From: Crassostrea angulata
Taxonomy: Eukaryota
Assembly: GCF_025612915.1 (NCBI RefSeq)
Contig: NC_069115.1
Span: forward strand, 25,855,757 to 25,919,756
Direction: 5' to 3'
DNA: 64,000 nucleotides
Part shown: in pieces, positions 37,701 to 52,500 of the stretch
Layout of the letters: every line of letters starts with the position of its first letter
How positions within the stretch are numbered: the first letter of the stretch is position 1
Translations under genes and position numbers: made by a program
The notes under the pieces: generated by a model
What the model was told of the DNA's origin: nothing
Databases searched by the model: none
Seen by the model: only the letters and a program-made list of their open reading frames with translations

Positions 37701-40700
37701 TCTACACTACCTGACGATAATTCCATTTTAATTTGAGCTTTCCTTGCGTCATAGTTTTTGAGAAGAAAGTTTACAGATTTTCTCTATATATTCCTAAGTA
37801 AAACTTGATCCCCCTACTGTGGCCCAACCCTACCCCCGGGGACCATGATTTGAACAAACTAAAATCTATACTACCTGAGGATGCTTCCATTTTAATTTGA
37901 GCTTTCCTGGCGTCATAGTTTTTGAGAAGAAAGTTTAAAGATTTTCTCTATATATTCCTATGTAAAACTTGATCCCCCTACTGTGGCCCTACCCTACCCC
38001 CGGGGACCATGATTTGAACAAACTAAAATCTACACTACCTGAGGATGCTTCCATTTTAATTTGAGCTTTCCTGGCGTCATAGTTTTTTTGATGAATGTTT
38101 AAAGATTTCCTCTATATATTCCTAAGTAAAACTTGATCCCCCTACTGTGGCCCAAACCTACCCCCCGGGACCATGATTTGAACAAACTAAAATCTACACT
38201 ACCTGAGGATGCTTCCATTTTAATTTGAGCTTTCCTGGCGTCATAGTTTTTGAAAAAAGTTTAAAGATTTTCTCTATATATTCCTATGTAAAACTTGATC
38301 CCCCTACTGTGGCCCAACCCTACCCCCGGGGACCATGATTTGAACAAACTAAAATCTACACTACCTGAGGATGCTTCCATTTTAATTTGAGCTTTCCTGG
38401 CGTCATAGTTTTTTTCATGAATGTTTAAAGATTTTCTCTTTATATTCCTAAGTAAAACTTGATCCCCCTACTGTGGCCCAAATCTACCCCCGGGGACCAT
38501 GATTTGAACAAACTAAAATCTACACTACCTGAGGATGCTTCCATTTTAATTTGAGCTTTCCTGTCGTCATAGTTTTTTAGAAGAAAGTCTAAAGATTTTC
38601 TCTATATATTTCTATGTAAAACTTGATCCCCCTACTGTGGCCCTACCCTACCCCCGGGGACCATGTTTTGAACAAACTTAAATCTACACTACCTGAGGAT
38701 GCTTCCATTTTAATTTGAGCTTTCCTGGCGTCATAGTTTTTGAGAAGAAAGTTTAAAGATTTTTTGTATATATTCCTAAGTAAAACTTGATCCCCCTACT
38801 GTGGCCCTACCCTACATCCGGGGACCATGATTTGAACAAACAAGAATATTCACTTCCTGAGGATGCTTCCATTTTAATTTGAGCTTTCCTGGCGTCATAG
38901 TTTTTGAGAAGAAAGTTTAAAGATTTTCTCTATATATTCCTATGTAAAACTTGATCCCCTTACTGTGGCCCAACTCTACCCCCGGGGACCATGATTTGAA
39001 CAAACTAAAATCTATACTACCAGAGGATACTTACATTTTAATTTGAGCTTTCCTGGCGTCATAGTTTTTGAGAAGAAAGTTGACAGATTTTCTCTATATA
39101 TTCCTATGTAAAACTTGATCCCCCTACTGTGGCCCTACCCTACCCCCGGGGACCATAATTTGAACAAACAAGAATATTCACTTTCTGATAATGCTTCCAT
39201 TTTAATTTGAGCTTTCCTGGCGTCATAGTTTTTGAAAAGAAAGTTTACAGATTTTCTCTATATATTCTTATGTAAAACTTGATCCCCCTACTGTGGCCCA
39301 ACCCTACCCCCGGGGACCATGATTTGAACAAACTAAAATCTACACTACCTGAGGATGCTTCCATTTTAATTTGAGCTTTCTTGGCGTCATAGTTTTTGAG
39401 AAGAAAGTTTAAAGATTTTCTCTATACATTCCTATGTAAAAGTTGAACCCGTACTGTGGCCCAAACCTACGCCCCCGGGGACCATGATTTGAACAAACTA
39501 AAATCTTCTCTACCTGAGGATGCTTCCATTTTAATTTGAGCTTTCCTGGCGCCATAGTTTTTGAGAAGAAAGTTTAAAGATTTTCTCTATATATTCCTAT
39601 GTAAAACTTGATCCCCCTACTGTGGCCCAACCCTACCCCCGGGGACCATGATTTGAACAAAATAAAACCTACACTACCTGAGGATGCTTCCATTTTAATT
39701 TGAGCTTTCCTGGCGTCATTGTTTTTGAGAAGAAAGTTTACAGATTTTCTCTATATATTCCTATGTAAAACTTGATCCCCCTACTGTGCAAACTAAAATC
39801 TATGCTACCTGAGGATGCTTCCATTTTAATTTGAGCTTTCCTGGCGTCATAATTTTTTTTAAGAATGTTTAAAGATTTTCTCTATATATTCCTAAGTAAA
39901 ACTTGATCCCCCTACTGTGGCCCAACCCTACCCCTGGGGACCATGATTTGAACAAACTAAAATCTACACTACCTGAGGATGCTTCCATTTTAATTTGAGC
40001 TTTCCTGTTGTCATAGTTTTTTTGGAAGAAAGTCTAAAGATTTTCTCTATATTTCTAAGTAAAACTTGAACCCCATACTGTGGCCCTACTCTACATCCGG
40101 GGACCATGTTTTGAACAAACTTAAATCTACACTACCTGAGGATTCTTCCATTTTAATTTCAGCTTTACTGGCGTCATTGTGTTTCTGAAGAAAGTTTTAA
40201 GATTTTCTGTATATATTCCTATGTAAAACTTGATCCCCCTACTGTGGCCCAACCCTACCCCCGGGGACCATGATTTGAACAAACTAAAATCTACACTACC
40301 TGAGGATGCTTCCATTTTAATTTCAGCTTTCCTGGCGCCATAGTTTTTTAGAAGAATGTTTAAAGATTTTCTCTATATATTCCTAAGTAAAACTTGATCC
40401 CCCTACTGTGGCCCAAATCTACCCCCTTGGACCATGATTTGAACAAACTAAAATCTACACTACCTGAGGATGCTTCCATTTTAATTTGAGCTTTCCTGGC
40501 GTCATAGTGTTTCAGAAGAAAGTTTACAGATTTTCTCTATATATTCCTATATAAAACTTGATCCCCCTACTGTGGCCCAACCCTACCCCCGGGGACCATG
40601 ATTTGAACAGACTAAAATCTACACTACCTGAGGATGCTTCCATTTTAATTTCAGCTTTCCTGGCGTCATAGTGTTTGAGAAGAAAGTTTACAGATTTTCT

Positions 40701-43700
40701 CTATATATTCCTATATAAAAATTGATCCCCCTACTGTGGCCAAAATCTACCCCCGGGGACCATGATTTGAACAAACTAAAATCTACACTACCTGAGGATG
40801 CTTCCATTTTAATTTGAGCTTTCCTGTCGTCATAGTTTTTTAGAAGAAAGTCTAAAGATTTTCTCTATATATTTCTATGTAAAACTTGATCCCCCTACTG
40901 TGGCCCTACCCTACCCCCGGGGACCATGATTTGAACAAACTAAAATCTTTACTACCTGAGGATGCTTCCATTTTAATTTGAGCTTTCCTGGCGTCATAGT
41001 TTTTGAGAAGAAAGTTTAAAGATTTTCTGTATATATTCCTATGTAAAACTTGATCCCCCTACTGTGGCCCAACCCTACCCCCGGGGACCATGATTTGAAC
41101 AAACTAAAATTGATACTACCTCAGGATACTTCCATTTTAATTTGAGCTTTCCTGGCGTCATAGTTTTTGAGAAGAAAGTTTACAGATTTTCTCTATATAT
41201 TCCTATGTAAAACTTGATCCCCCTACTGTGGCCCTACCCTACCCCCGGGGACCATGATTTGAACAAACTAAAATCTACACTACCTGAGGATGCTTCCATT
41301 TTAATTTGAGCTTTCCTGTTGTCATAGTTTTTTTGGAAGAAAGTCTAAAGATTTTCTCTATAAATTCCTTTGTAAAACTTGATCCCCCTACTGTGGCCCT
41401 ACCCTACCCCTGGGGACCATGATTTGAACAAACTAAAATCTACACTACCTGAGGATGCTTCCATTTTAATTTGAGCTTTCCTGGCGTCATAGTTTTTGAG
41501 AAGAAAGTTTACAGATTTTCTCTATATATTCCTATGTAAAACTTGATCCCCCTACTGTGGCCCTACCCTACCCCCGGGGACCATGATTTGAACAAACTAA
41601 AATCTATACTACCAGAGGATACTTACATTTTAATTTGAGCTTTCCTGGCGTCATAGTTTTTGAGAAGAAAGTTTACAGATTTTCTCTATATATTCCTATG
41701 TAAAACTTGATCCCCCTACTGTGGCCCTACCCTACCCCCGGGGGACCATAATTTGAACAAACAAGAATATTCACTTTCTGATAATGCTTCCATTTTAATT
41801 TGAGCTTTCCTGGCGTCATAGTTTTTGAAAACAAAGTTTACAGATTTTCTCTATATATTCTTATGTAAAACTTGATCCCCCTACTGTGGCCCAACCCTAC
41901 CCCCGGGGACCATGATTTGAACAAACTAAAATCTACACTACCTGAGGATGCTTCCATTTTAATTTGAGCTTTCTTGGCGTCATAGTTTTTGAGAAGAAAG
42001 TTTAAAGATTTTCTCTATACATTCCTATGTAAAAGTTGAACCCCCTACTGTGGCCCAAACCTACACCCCCGGGGACTATGATTTGAACAAACTAAAATCT
42101 TCTCTACCTGAGGATGCTTCCATTTTAATTTGAGCTTTCCTGGCGCCATAGTTTTTGAGAAGAAAGTTTAAAGATTTTCTCTATATATTCCTATGTAAAA
42201 CTTGATCCCCCTACTGTGGCCCAACCCTACCCCCGGGGACCATGATTTGAACAAAATAAAACCTACACTACCTGAGGATGCTTCCGTTTTAATTTGAGCT
42301 TTCCTGGCGTCATTGTTTTTGAGAAGAAAGTTTACAGATTTTCTCTATATATTCCTATGTAAAACTTGATCCCCCTACTGTGCAAACTAAAATCTATGCT
42401 ACCTGAGGATGCTTCCATTTTAATTTGAGCTTTCCTGGCGTCATAGTTTTTTTGAAGAATGTTTAAAGATTTTCTCTATATATTCCTAAGTAAAACTTGA
42501 TCCCCCTACTGTGGCCCAACCCTACCCCTGGGGACCATGATTTGAACAAACTAAAATCTACACTACCTGAGGATGCTTCCATTTTAATTTGAGCTTTCCT
42601 GTTGTCATAGTTTTTTTGGAAGAAAGTCTAAAGATTTTCTTTATATTTCTAAGTAAAACTTGAACCCCATACTGTGGCCCTACTCTACATCCGGGGACCA
42701 TGATTTGAACAAACTAAAATCTACACTACCTGAGGATGCTTCCATTTTAATTTCAGCTTTCCTGGCGCCATAGTTTTTTAAAGAATGTTTAAAGACTTTC
42801 TCTATATATTCCTAAGTAAAACTTGATCCCCCTACTGTGGCCCAACCCTACCCCCTGGGACTATGATTTGAACAAACTAAAATCTACACTACCTGAGGAT
42901 GCTTCCATTTTAATTTGAGCTTTCCTGGCGTTATAGTGTTTCAGAAGAAAGTTTACAGATTTTCTCTATATATTCCAATATTAATCTTGATCCCCCTACT
43001 GTGGCCCAACCCTACCCCCGGGGACCATGATTTGAACAGACTAAAATCTACACTACCTGAGGATGCTTCCATTTTAATTTGAGCTTTCCTGGCGTCATAG
43101 TGTTTGAGAAGAAAGTTTACAGATTTTCTCTATATATTCCTATATAAAACTTGATCCCCCTACTGTGGCCCAACCCTACCCCTGGGGACCATGATTTGAA
43201 CAAACTAAAATCTACACTACCTGAGGATGCTTCCATTTTAATTTCAGCTTTCCTGGCGCCATAGTTTTTTTGGAAGAAAGTCTAAAGATTTTCTTCATAT
43301 TTCTAAGTAAAACTTGAACCCCATACTGTGGCCCTACTCTACATCCGGGGACCATGATTTGAACAAACTAAAATCTACACTACCTGAGGATGCTTCCATT
43401 TTAATTTCAGCTTTCCTGGCGCCATAGTTTTTTAAAGAATGTTTAAAGATTTTCTCTATATATTCCTAAGTAAAACTTGATCCCCCTACTGTGGCCCAAC
43501 CCTACCCCCTGGGACTATGATTTGAACAAACTAAAATCTACACTACCTGAGGATGCTTCCATTTTAATTTGAGCTTTCCTGGCGTTATAGTGTTTCAGAA
43601 GAAAGTTTACAGATTTTCTCTATATATTCCAATATAAAACTTGATCCCCATACTGTGGCCCAACCCTACCCCCGGGGACCATGATTTGAACAGACTAAAA

Positions 43701-46700
43701 TCTACACTACCTGAGGATGCTTCCATTTTAATTTCAGCTTTCCTGGCGTCATAATGTTTGAGAAGAAAGTTTACAGATTTTCTCTATATATTCCTATATA
43801 AAACTTGATCCCCCTACTGTGGCCCAAATCTACCCCCGGGGACCATGATTTGAACAAACTAAAATCTACACTACCTGAGGATGCTTCCATTTTAATTTGA
43901 GCTTTCCTGTCGTCATAGTTTTTTAGAAGAAAGTCTAAAGATTTTCTCTATATATTTCTATGTAAAACTTGATCCCCCTACTGTGGCCCTACCCTACCCC
44001 CGGGGACCATGATTTGAACAAACTAAAATCTTTACTACCTGAGGATGCTTCCATTTTAATTTGAGCTTTCCTGGCGTCATAGTTTTTGAGAAGAAAGTTT
44101 AAAGATTTTTTCTATATATTCCTATGTAAAACTTGATCCCCCTACTGTGGCCCAACCCTACCCCCGGGGACCATGATTTGAACAAACTAAAATTGATACT
44201 ACCTGAGGATGCTTCCATTTTAATTTGAGCTTTCCTGGCGTCATAGTTTTTGAGAAGAAAGTTTACAGATTTTCTCTATATATTCCTATGTAAAACTTGA
44301 TCCCCCTACTGTGGCCCTACCCTACCCCCGGGGACCATGATTTGAACAAACTAAAATCTACACTACCTGAGGATGCTTCCATTTTAATTTGAGCTTTCCT
44401 GGCGTCATAGTTTTTTTGATGAATGTTTAAAGATTTTCTCTATAAATTCCTTTGTAAAACTTGATCCCCCTACTGTGGCCCTACCCTACCCCTGGGGACC
44501 ATGATTTGAACAAACTAAAATCTACACTACCTGAGGATGCTTCCATTTTAATTTGAGCTTTCCTGGCGTCATAGTTTTTGAGAAGAAAGTTTACAGATTT
44601 TTTCTATATATTCCTATGTAAAACTTGATCCCCCTACTGTGGCCCAACCCTACCCCCGGGGACCATGATTTGAACAAACTAAAATCTATACTACCTGAGG
44701 ATGCTTCCATTTTAATTTGAGCTTTCCTGGCGTCATAGTTTTTGAGAAGAAAGTTTAAAGATTTTCTCTATATATTCCTATGTAAAACTTGATCCCCCTA
44801 CTGTGGCCCAACCCTACCCCCGGGGACCATGATTTGAACAAACTAAAATCTACACTACCTGAGGATGCTTCCATTTTAATTTGAGCTTTCCTGGCGTCAT
44901 AGTTTTTTTGATGAATGTTTAAAGATTTTCTCTATATATTCCTAAGTAAAACTTGATCCCCCTACTGTGGCCCAAATCTACCCCCGGGGACCATGATTTG
45001 AACAAACTAAAATCTACACTACCTGAGGATGCTTCCATTTTAATTTGAGCTTTCCTGTCGTCATAGTTTTTTAGAAGAAAGTCTAAAGATTTTCTCTATA
45101 TATTTCTATGTAAAACTTGATCCCCCTACTGTGGCCCTACCCTACCCCCGGGGACCATGATTTGAACAAACTTAAATCTACACTACCTGAGGATGCTTCC
45201 ATTTTAATTTGAGCTTTCCTGGCGTCATAGTTTTTGAGAAGAAAGTTTACAGATTTTCTCTATATATTCCTATGTAAAACTTGATCCCCCTACTGTAGCC
45301 CAACCCTACCCCCGGGGACCATGATTTGAACAAACTAAAATCTACACTACCTGAGGATGCTTCCATTTTAATTTGAGCTTTCCTGGCGTCATAGTTTTTT
45401 TGATGAATGTTTAAAGATTTTCTCTATATATTCCTAAGTAAAACTTGATCCCCCTACTGTGGCCCAAATCTACCCCCGGGGACCATGATTTGAACAAACT
45501 AAAATCTACACTACCTGAGGATGCTTCCATTTTAATTTGAGCTTTCCTGTCGTCATAGTTTTTTAGAAGAAAGTCTAAAGATTTTCTCTATATATTTCTA
45601 TGTAAAACTTGATCCCCCCACTGTTGCCCTACCCTACCCCCGGGGACCATGATTTGAACAAACTTAAATCTACACTACCTGAGGATGCTTCCATTTTAAT
45701 TTGAGCTTTCCTGGCGTCATAGTTTTTGAGAAGAAAGTTTAAAGATTTTTTATATATATTCCTAAGTAAAACTTGATCCCCCTACTGTGGCCCTACCGTA
45801 CATCCGGGGACCATGATTTGAACAAACAAGAATATTCACTTCCTGAGGATGCTTCCATTTTAATTTGAGCTTTCCTGGCGTCATAGTTTTTGAGAAGAAA
45901 GTTTAAAGATTTTCTCTATATATTCCTATGTAAAACTTGATCCCCCTACTGTGGCCCAACTCTACCCCCGGGGACCATGATTTGAACAAACGAAAATCTA
46001 TACTACCAGAGGATACTTCCATTTTAATTTGAGCTTTCCTGGCGTCATAGTTTTTGAGAAGAAAGTTGACAGATTTTCTCTATATATTCCTATGTAAAAC
46101 TTCATCCCCCTACTGTGGCCCAACCCTACCCCCGGGGACCATGATTTGAACAAAGAAGAATATTCACTTTCTGATAATGCTTCCATTTTAATTTGAGCTT
46201 TCCTGGCGTCATAGTTTTTGAAAAGAAAGTTTACAGATTTTCTCTATATATTCTTATGTAAAACTTGATCCCCCTACTGTGGCCCAACTCTACCCCCGGG
46301 GACCATAATTTGAACAAACTAAAATCTACACTACCTGAGGATGCTTCCATTTTAATTTGAGCTTTCCTGGCGTCATAGTTTTTGAGAAGAAAGTTTAAAG
46401 ATTTTCTGTATATATTCTTAAGTAAAACTTGATCCCCCTACTGTGGCCCAACCCTACCCCCGGGGACCATGATTTGAACAAACTAAAATCTACACTACCT
46501 GAGGATGCTTCCATTTTAATTTGAGCTTTCCTGGCGTCATAGTTTTTGAGAAGAAAGTTTACAGATTTTTTCTATATATTCCTATGTAAAACTTGATCCC
46601 CCTACTGTGGCCCTACCCTACCCCCGGGGACCATGATTTGAACAAACTAAAATCTACACTACCTGAGGATGCTTCCATTTTAATTTGAGCTTTCTCGGCG

Positions 46701-49599
46701 CCATAGTTTTTTAGAAGAATGTTTAAAGATTTTGTCTATATATTCCTATGTAAAACTTGATCCCTTTACTGTGGCTCAACCCTACCCCCGGGGTTCATGA
46801 TTTGAACAAACTAGAATCTACACTACCTAACGATAATTCCATTTTAATTTGAGCTTTCCTTGCGTCATAGTTTTTGAGAAGAAAGTTTAAAGATTTTCTC
46901 TATATATTCCTATGTAAAACTTGATCCCCCTACTGTGGCCCTACCCTACCCCCGGGGACCATGATTTGAACAAACTAAAATCTACACTACCTGAGGATGC
47001 TTCCATTTTAATTTGAGCTTTCCTGGCGTCATAGTTTTTTTGATGAATGTTTAAAGATTTTCTCTATATATTCCTAAGTAAAACTTGATCCCCCTACTGT
47101 GGCCCAAATCTACCCCCGGGGACCATGATTTGAACAAACTAAAATCTACACTACCTGAGGATGCTTCCATTTTAATTTGAGCTTTCCTGTCGTCATAGTT
47201 TTTTAGAAGAAAGTCTAAAGATTTTCTCTATATATTTCTATGTAAAACTTGATCCCCCTACTGTGGCCCTACCCTACCCCCGGGGACCATGTTTTGAACA
47301 AACTTAAATCTACACTACCTGAGGATGCTTCCATTTTAATTTGAGCTTTCCTGGCGTCATAGTTTTTGAGAAGAAAGTTTAAAGATTTTTTGTATATATT
47401 CCTATGGAAAACTTGATCCCCCTACTGTGGCCCTACCCTACATCCGGGGACCATGATTTGAACAAACAAGAATATTCACTTCCTGAGGATGCTTCCATTT
47501 TAATTTGAGCTTTCCTGGCGTCATAGTTTTTGAGAAGAAAGTTTAAAGATTTTCTCTATATATTCCTATGTAAAACTTGATCCCCCTACTGTGGCCCAAC
47601 TCTACCCCCGGGGACCATGATTTGAACAAACTAAAATCTATACTACCAGAGGATACTTCCATTTTAATTTGAGCTTTCCTGGCGTCATAGTTTTTGAGAA
47701 AAAAGTTGACAGATTTTCTCTATATATTCCTATGTAAAACTTGATCCCCCTACTGTGGCCCAACCCTACCCCCGGGGACCATAATTTGAACAAACAAGAA
47801 TATTCACTTTCTGATAATGCTTCCATTTTAATTTGAGCTTTCCTGGCGTCATAGTTTTTGAAAAGAAAGTTTACAGATTTTCTCTATATATTCTTATGTA
47901 AAACTTGATCCCCCTACTGTGGCCCAACCCTACCCCCGGGGACCATGATTTGAACAAACTAAAATCTACACTACCTGAGGATGCTTCCATTTTAATTTGA
48001 GCTTTCTTGGCGTCATAGTTTTTGAGAAGAAAGTTTAAAGATTTTCTCTATACATTCCTATGTAAAAGTTGAACCCCCTACTGTGGCCCAAACCTACGCC
48101 CCCGAGGACCATGATTTGAACAAACTAAAATCTTCTCTACCTGAGGATGCTTCCATTTTAATTTGAGCTTTCCTGGCGCCATAGTTTTTGAGAAGAAAGT
48201 TTAAAGATTTTCTCTATATATTCCTATGTAAAACTTGATCCCCCTACTGTGGCCAAACCCTACCCCCGGGGACCATAATTTGAACAAAATAAAACCTACA
48301 CTACCTGAGGATGCTTCCATTTTAATTTGAGCTTTCCTGGCGTCATTGTTTTTGAGAAGAAAGTTTACAGATTTTCTCTATATATTCCTATGTAAAACTT
48401 GATCCCCCTACTGTGCAAACTAAAATCTACACTACCTGAGGATGCTTCCATTTTAATTTGAGCTTTCCTGGCGTCATAGTTTTTGAGAAGAAAGTTTACA
48501 GATTTTTTCTATATATTCCTATGTAAAACTTGATCCCCCTACTGTGGCCCTACCCTACCCCCGGGGACCATGATTTGAACAAACTAAAATCTACACTACC
48601 TGAGGATGCTTCCATTTTAATTTGAGCTTTCTCGGCGCCATAGTTTTTTAGAAGAATGTTTAAAGATTTTCTCTATATATTCCTATGTAAAACTTGATCC
48701 CCCTACTGTGGCTCAACCCTACCCCCGGGGTTCATGATTTGAACAAACTAGAATCTACACTACCTGACGATAATTCCATTTTAATTTGAGCTTTCCTTGC
48801 GTCATAGTTTTTGAAAAGAAAGTTTACAGATTTTCTCTATATATTTCTATGTAAAACTTGATCCCCCTACTGTGGCCCTACCCTACCCCCGGGGACCATG
48901 ATTTGAACAAACTAAAATCTACACTACCTGAGGATGCTTCCATTTTAATTTGAGCTTTCTCGGCGCCATAGTTTTTTAGAAGAATGTTTAAAGATTTTCT
49001 CTATATATTCCTATGTAAAACTTGATCCCCCTACTGTGGCTCAACCCTACCCCCGGGGTTCATGATTTGAACAAACTAGAATCTACACTACCTGACGATA
49101 ATTCCATTTTAATTTGAGCTTTCCTTGCGTCATAGTTTTTGAAAAGAAAGTTTACAGATTTTCTCTATATATTCCTAAGTAAAACTTGATCCCCCTACTG
49201 TGGCCCAACCCTACCCCCGGGGACCATGATTTGAACAAATTAAAATCTATACTACCTGAGGATGCTTCCATTTTAATTTGAGCTTTCCTGGCGTCATAGT
49301 TTTTGAGAAGAAAGTTTAAAGATTTTCTCTATATATTCCTATGTAAAACTTGATCCCCCTACTGTGGCCCTACCCTACCCCCGGGGACCATGATTTGAAC
49401 AAACTAAAATCTACACTACCTGAGGATGCTTCCATTTTAATTTGAGCTTTCCTGGCGTCATAGTTTTTTTGATGAATGTTTAAAGATTTTCTCTATATAT
49501 TCCTAAGTAAAACTTGATCCCCCTACTGTGGCCCAACTCTACCCCCGGGGACCATGATTTGAACAAACTAAAATCTATACTACCAGAGGATACTACCAT

Positions 49600-52500
49600 T
49601 TTAATTTGAGCTTTCCTGGCGTCATAGTTTTTTAGAAGAAAGTCTAAAGATTTTCTCTATATATTTCTATGTAAAACTTGATCCCCCTACTGTGGCCCTA
49701 CCCTACCCCCGGGGACCATGTTTTGTACAATCTTAAATCTACACTACCTGAGGATGCTTCCATTTTAATTTGAGCTTTCCTGGCGTCATAGTTTTTGAGA
49801 AGAAAGTTTAAAGATTTTTTGTATATATTCCTATGTTAAACTTGATCCCCCTACTGTGGCCCTACCCTACATCCGGGGACCATGATTTGAACAAACAAGA
49901 ATATTCACTTCCTGAGGATGCTTCCATTTTAATTTGAGCTTTCCTGGCGTCATAGTTTTTGAGAAGAAAGTTTAAAGATTTTCTCTATATATTCCTATGT
50001 AAAACTTGATCCCCCTACTGTGGCCCAACTCTACCCCCGGGGACCATGATTTGAACAAACTAAAATCTATACTACCAGAGGATACTACCATTTTAATTTG
50101 AGCTTTCCTGGCGTCATAGTTTTTGAGAAGAAAGTTGACAGATTTTCTCTATATATTCCTATGTAAAACTTGATCCCCCTACTGTGGCCCAACCATACCC
50201 CCGGGGACCATAATTTGAACAAACAAAAATATTCACTTTCTGATAATGCTTCCATTTTAATTTGAGCTTTCCTGGCGTCATAGTTTTTGAAAAGAAAGTT
50301 TACAGATTTTCTCTATATATTCTTATGTAAAACTTGATCCCCCTACTGTGGCCCAACCCTACCCCCAGGGACCATGATTTGAACAAACTAAAATCTACAC
50401 TACCTGAGGATGCTTCCATTTTAATTTGAGCTTTCTTGGCGTCATAGTTTTTGAGAAGAAAGTTTAAAGATTTTCTCTATACATTCCTATGTAAAAGTTG
50501 AACCCCCTACTGTGGCCCAAACCTACGCCCCCGGGGACCATGATTTGAACAAACTAAAATCTTCTCTACCTGAGGATGCTTCCATTTTAATTTGAGCTTT
50601 CCTGGCGCCATAGTTTTTGAGAAGAAAGTTTAAAGATTTTCTCTATATATTCCTATGTAAAACTTGATCCCCCTACTGTGGCCCAACCCTACCCCCGGGG
50701 ACCATGATTTGAACAAAATAAAACCTACACTACCTGAGGATGCTTCCATTTTAATTTGAGCTTTCCTGGCGTCATTGTTTTTGAGAAGAAAGTTTACAGA
50801 TTTTCTCTATATATTCCTATGTAAAACTTGATCCCCCTACTGTGCAAACTAAAATCTACACTACCTGAGGATGCTTCCATTTTAATTTGAGCTTTCCTGG
50901 CGTCATAGTTTTTTTGAAGAATGTATAAAGATTTTCTCTATATATTCCTAAGTAAAACTTGATCCCCCTACTGTGGCCCAACCCTACCCCTGGGGACCAT
51001 GATTTGAACAAACTAAAATCTACACTACCTGAGGATGCTTCCATTTTAATTTGAGCTTTCCTGGCGTCATAGTTTTTGAGAAGAAAGTTTAAAGATTTTC
51101 TCTATATATTCCTATGTAAAACTGGATCCCCCTACTGTGGCCCAACCCTACCCCCGGGGACCATGATTTGAACAAACTAAAATCAACACTACCTGAGGAT
51201 GCTTCCATTTTAATTTGAGCTTTCCTGGCGTCATAGTTTTTTTGATGAATGTTTAAAGATTTTCTCTATATATTCCTAAGTAAAACTTGATCCCCCTACT
51301 GTGGCCCAAATCTACCCCCGGGGACCATGATTTGAACAAACTAAAATCTACACTACCTGAGGATGCTTCCATTTTAATTTGAGCTTTCCTGTCGTCATAG
51401 TTTTTTAGAAGAAAGTCTAAAGATTTTCTCTATATATTTCTATGTAAAACTTGATCCCCCTACTGTGGCCCTACCCTACCCCCGGGGACCATGATTTGAA
51501 CAAACTGAAATCTACACTACCTGAGGATGCTTCCATTTTAATTTGAGCTTTCCTGGCGTCATAGTTTTTGAGAAGAAAGTTTAAAGATTTTTTGTATATA
51601 TTCCTAAGTGAAACTTGATCCCCCTGCTGTGGCCCTACCGTACATCCAGGGACCATGATTTGAACAAACAAGAATATTCACTTCCTGAGGATGCTTCCAT
51701 TTGAATTTGAGCTTTCCTGGCGTCATAGTTTTTGAGAAGAAAGTTTAAAGATTTTCTCTATATATTCCTATGTAAAACTTGATCCCCCTACTGTGGCCAA
51801 ACTCTATCCCTGGGGACCATGATTTGAACAAACTAAAATCTATACTACCAGAGGATACTTCCATTTTAATTTGAGCTTTCCTGGCGTCATAGTTTTTGAG
51901 AAGAAAGTTGACAGATGTTCTCTATATATTCCTATGTAAAACTTGATCCCCCTACTGTGGCCCAACCCTACCCCCGGGGACCATAATTTGAACAAACAAG
52001 AATATTCACTTTCTGATAATGCTTCCATTTTAATTTGAGCTTTCCTGGCGTCATAGTTTTTGAAAAGAAAGTTTACAGATTTTCTCTATATATTCTTATG
52101 TAAAACTTGATCCCCCTACTGTGGCCCAACCCTACCCCCGGGGACCATGATTTGAATAAACTAAAATCTACACTACCTGAGGATGCTTCCATTTTAATTT
52201 GAGCTTTCTTGGCGTCATAGTTTTTGAGAAGAAAGTTTAAAGATTTTCTCTATATATTCCTATGTAAAAGTTGAACCCCCTACTGTGGCCCAAACCTACG
52301 CCCCCGGGGACCATGATTTGAACAAACTAAAATCTACTCTACCTGAGGATGCTTCCATTTTAATTTGAGCTTTCCTGGCGCCATAGTTTTTGAGAAGAAA
52401 GTTGACAGATTTTCTCAATATATTCCTATGTAAAACTTGATCCCCCTACTGTGGCCCTACCCTACCCCTGGGGACCATGATTTGAACAAACTAAAATCTA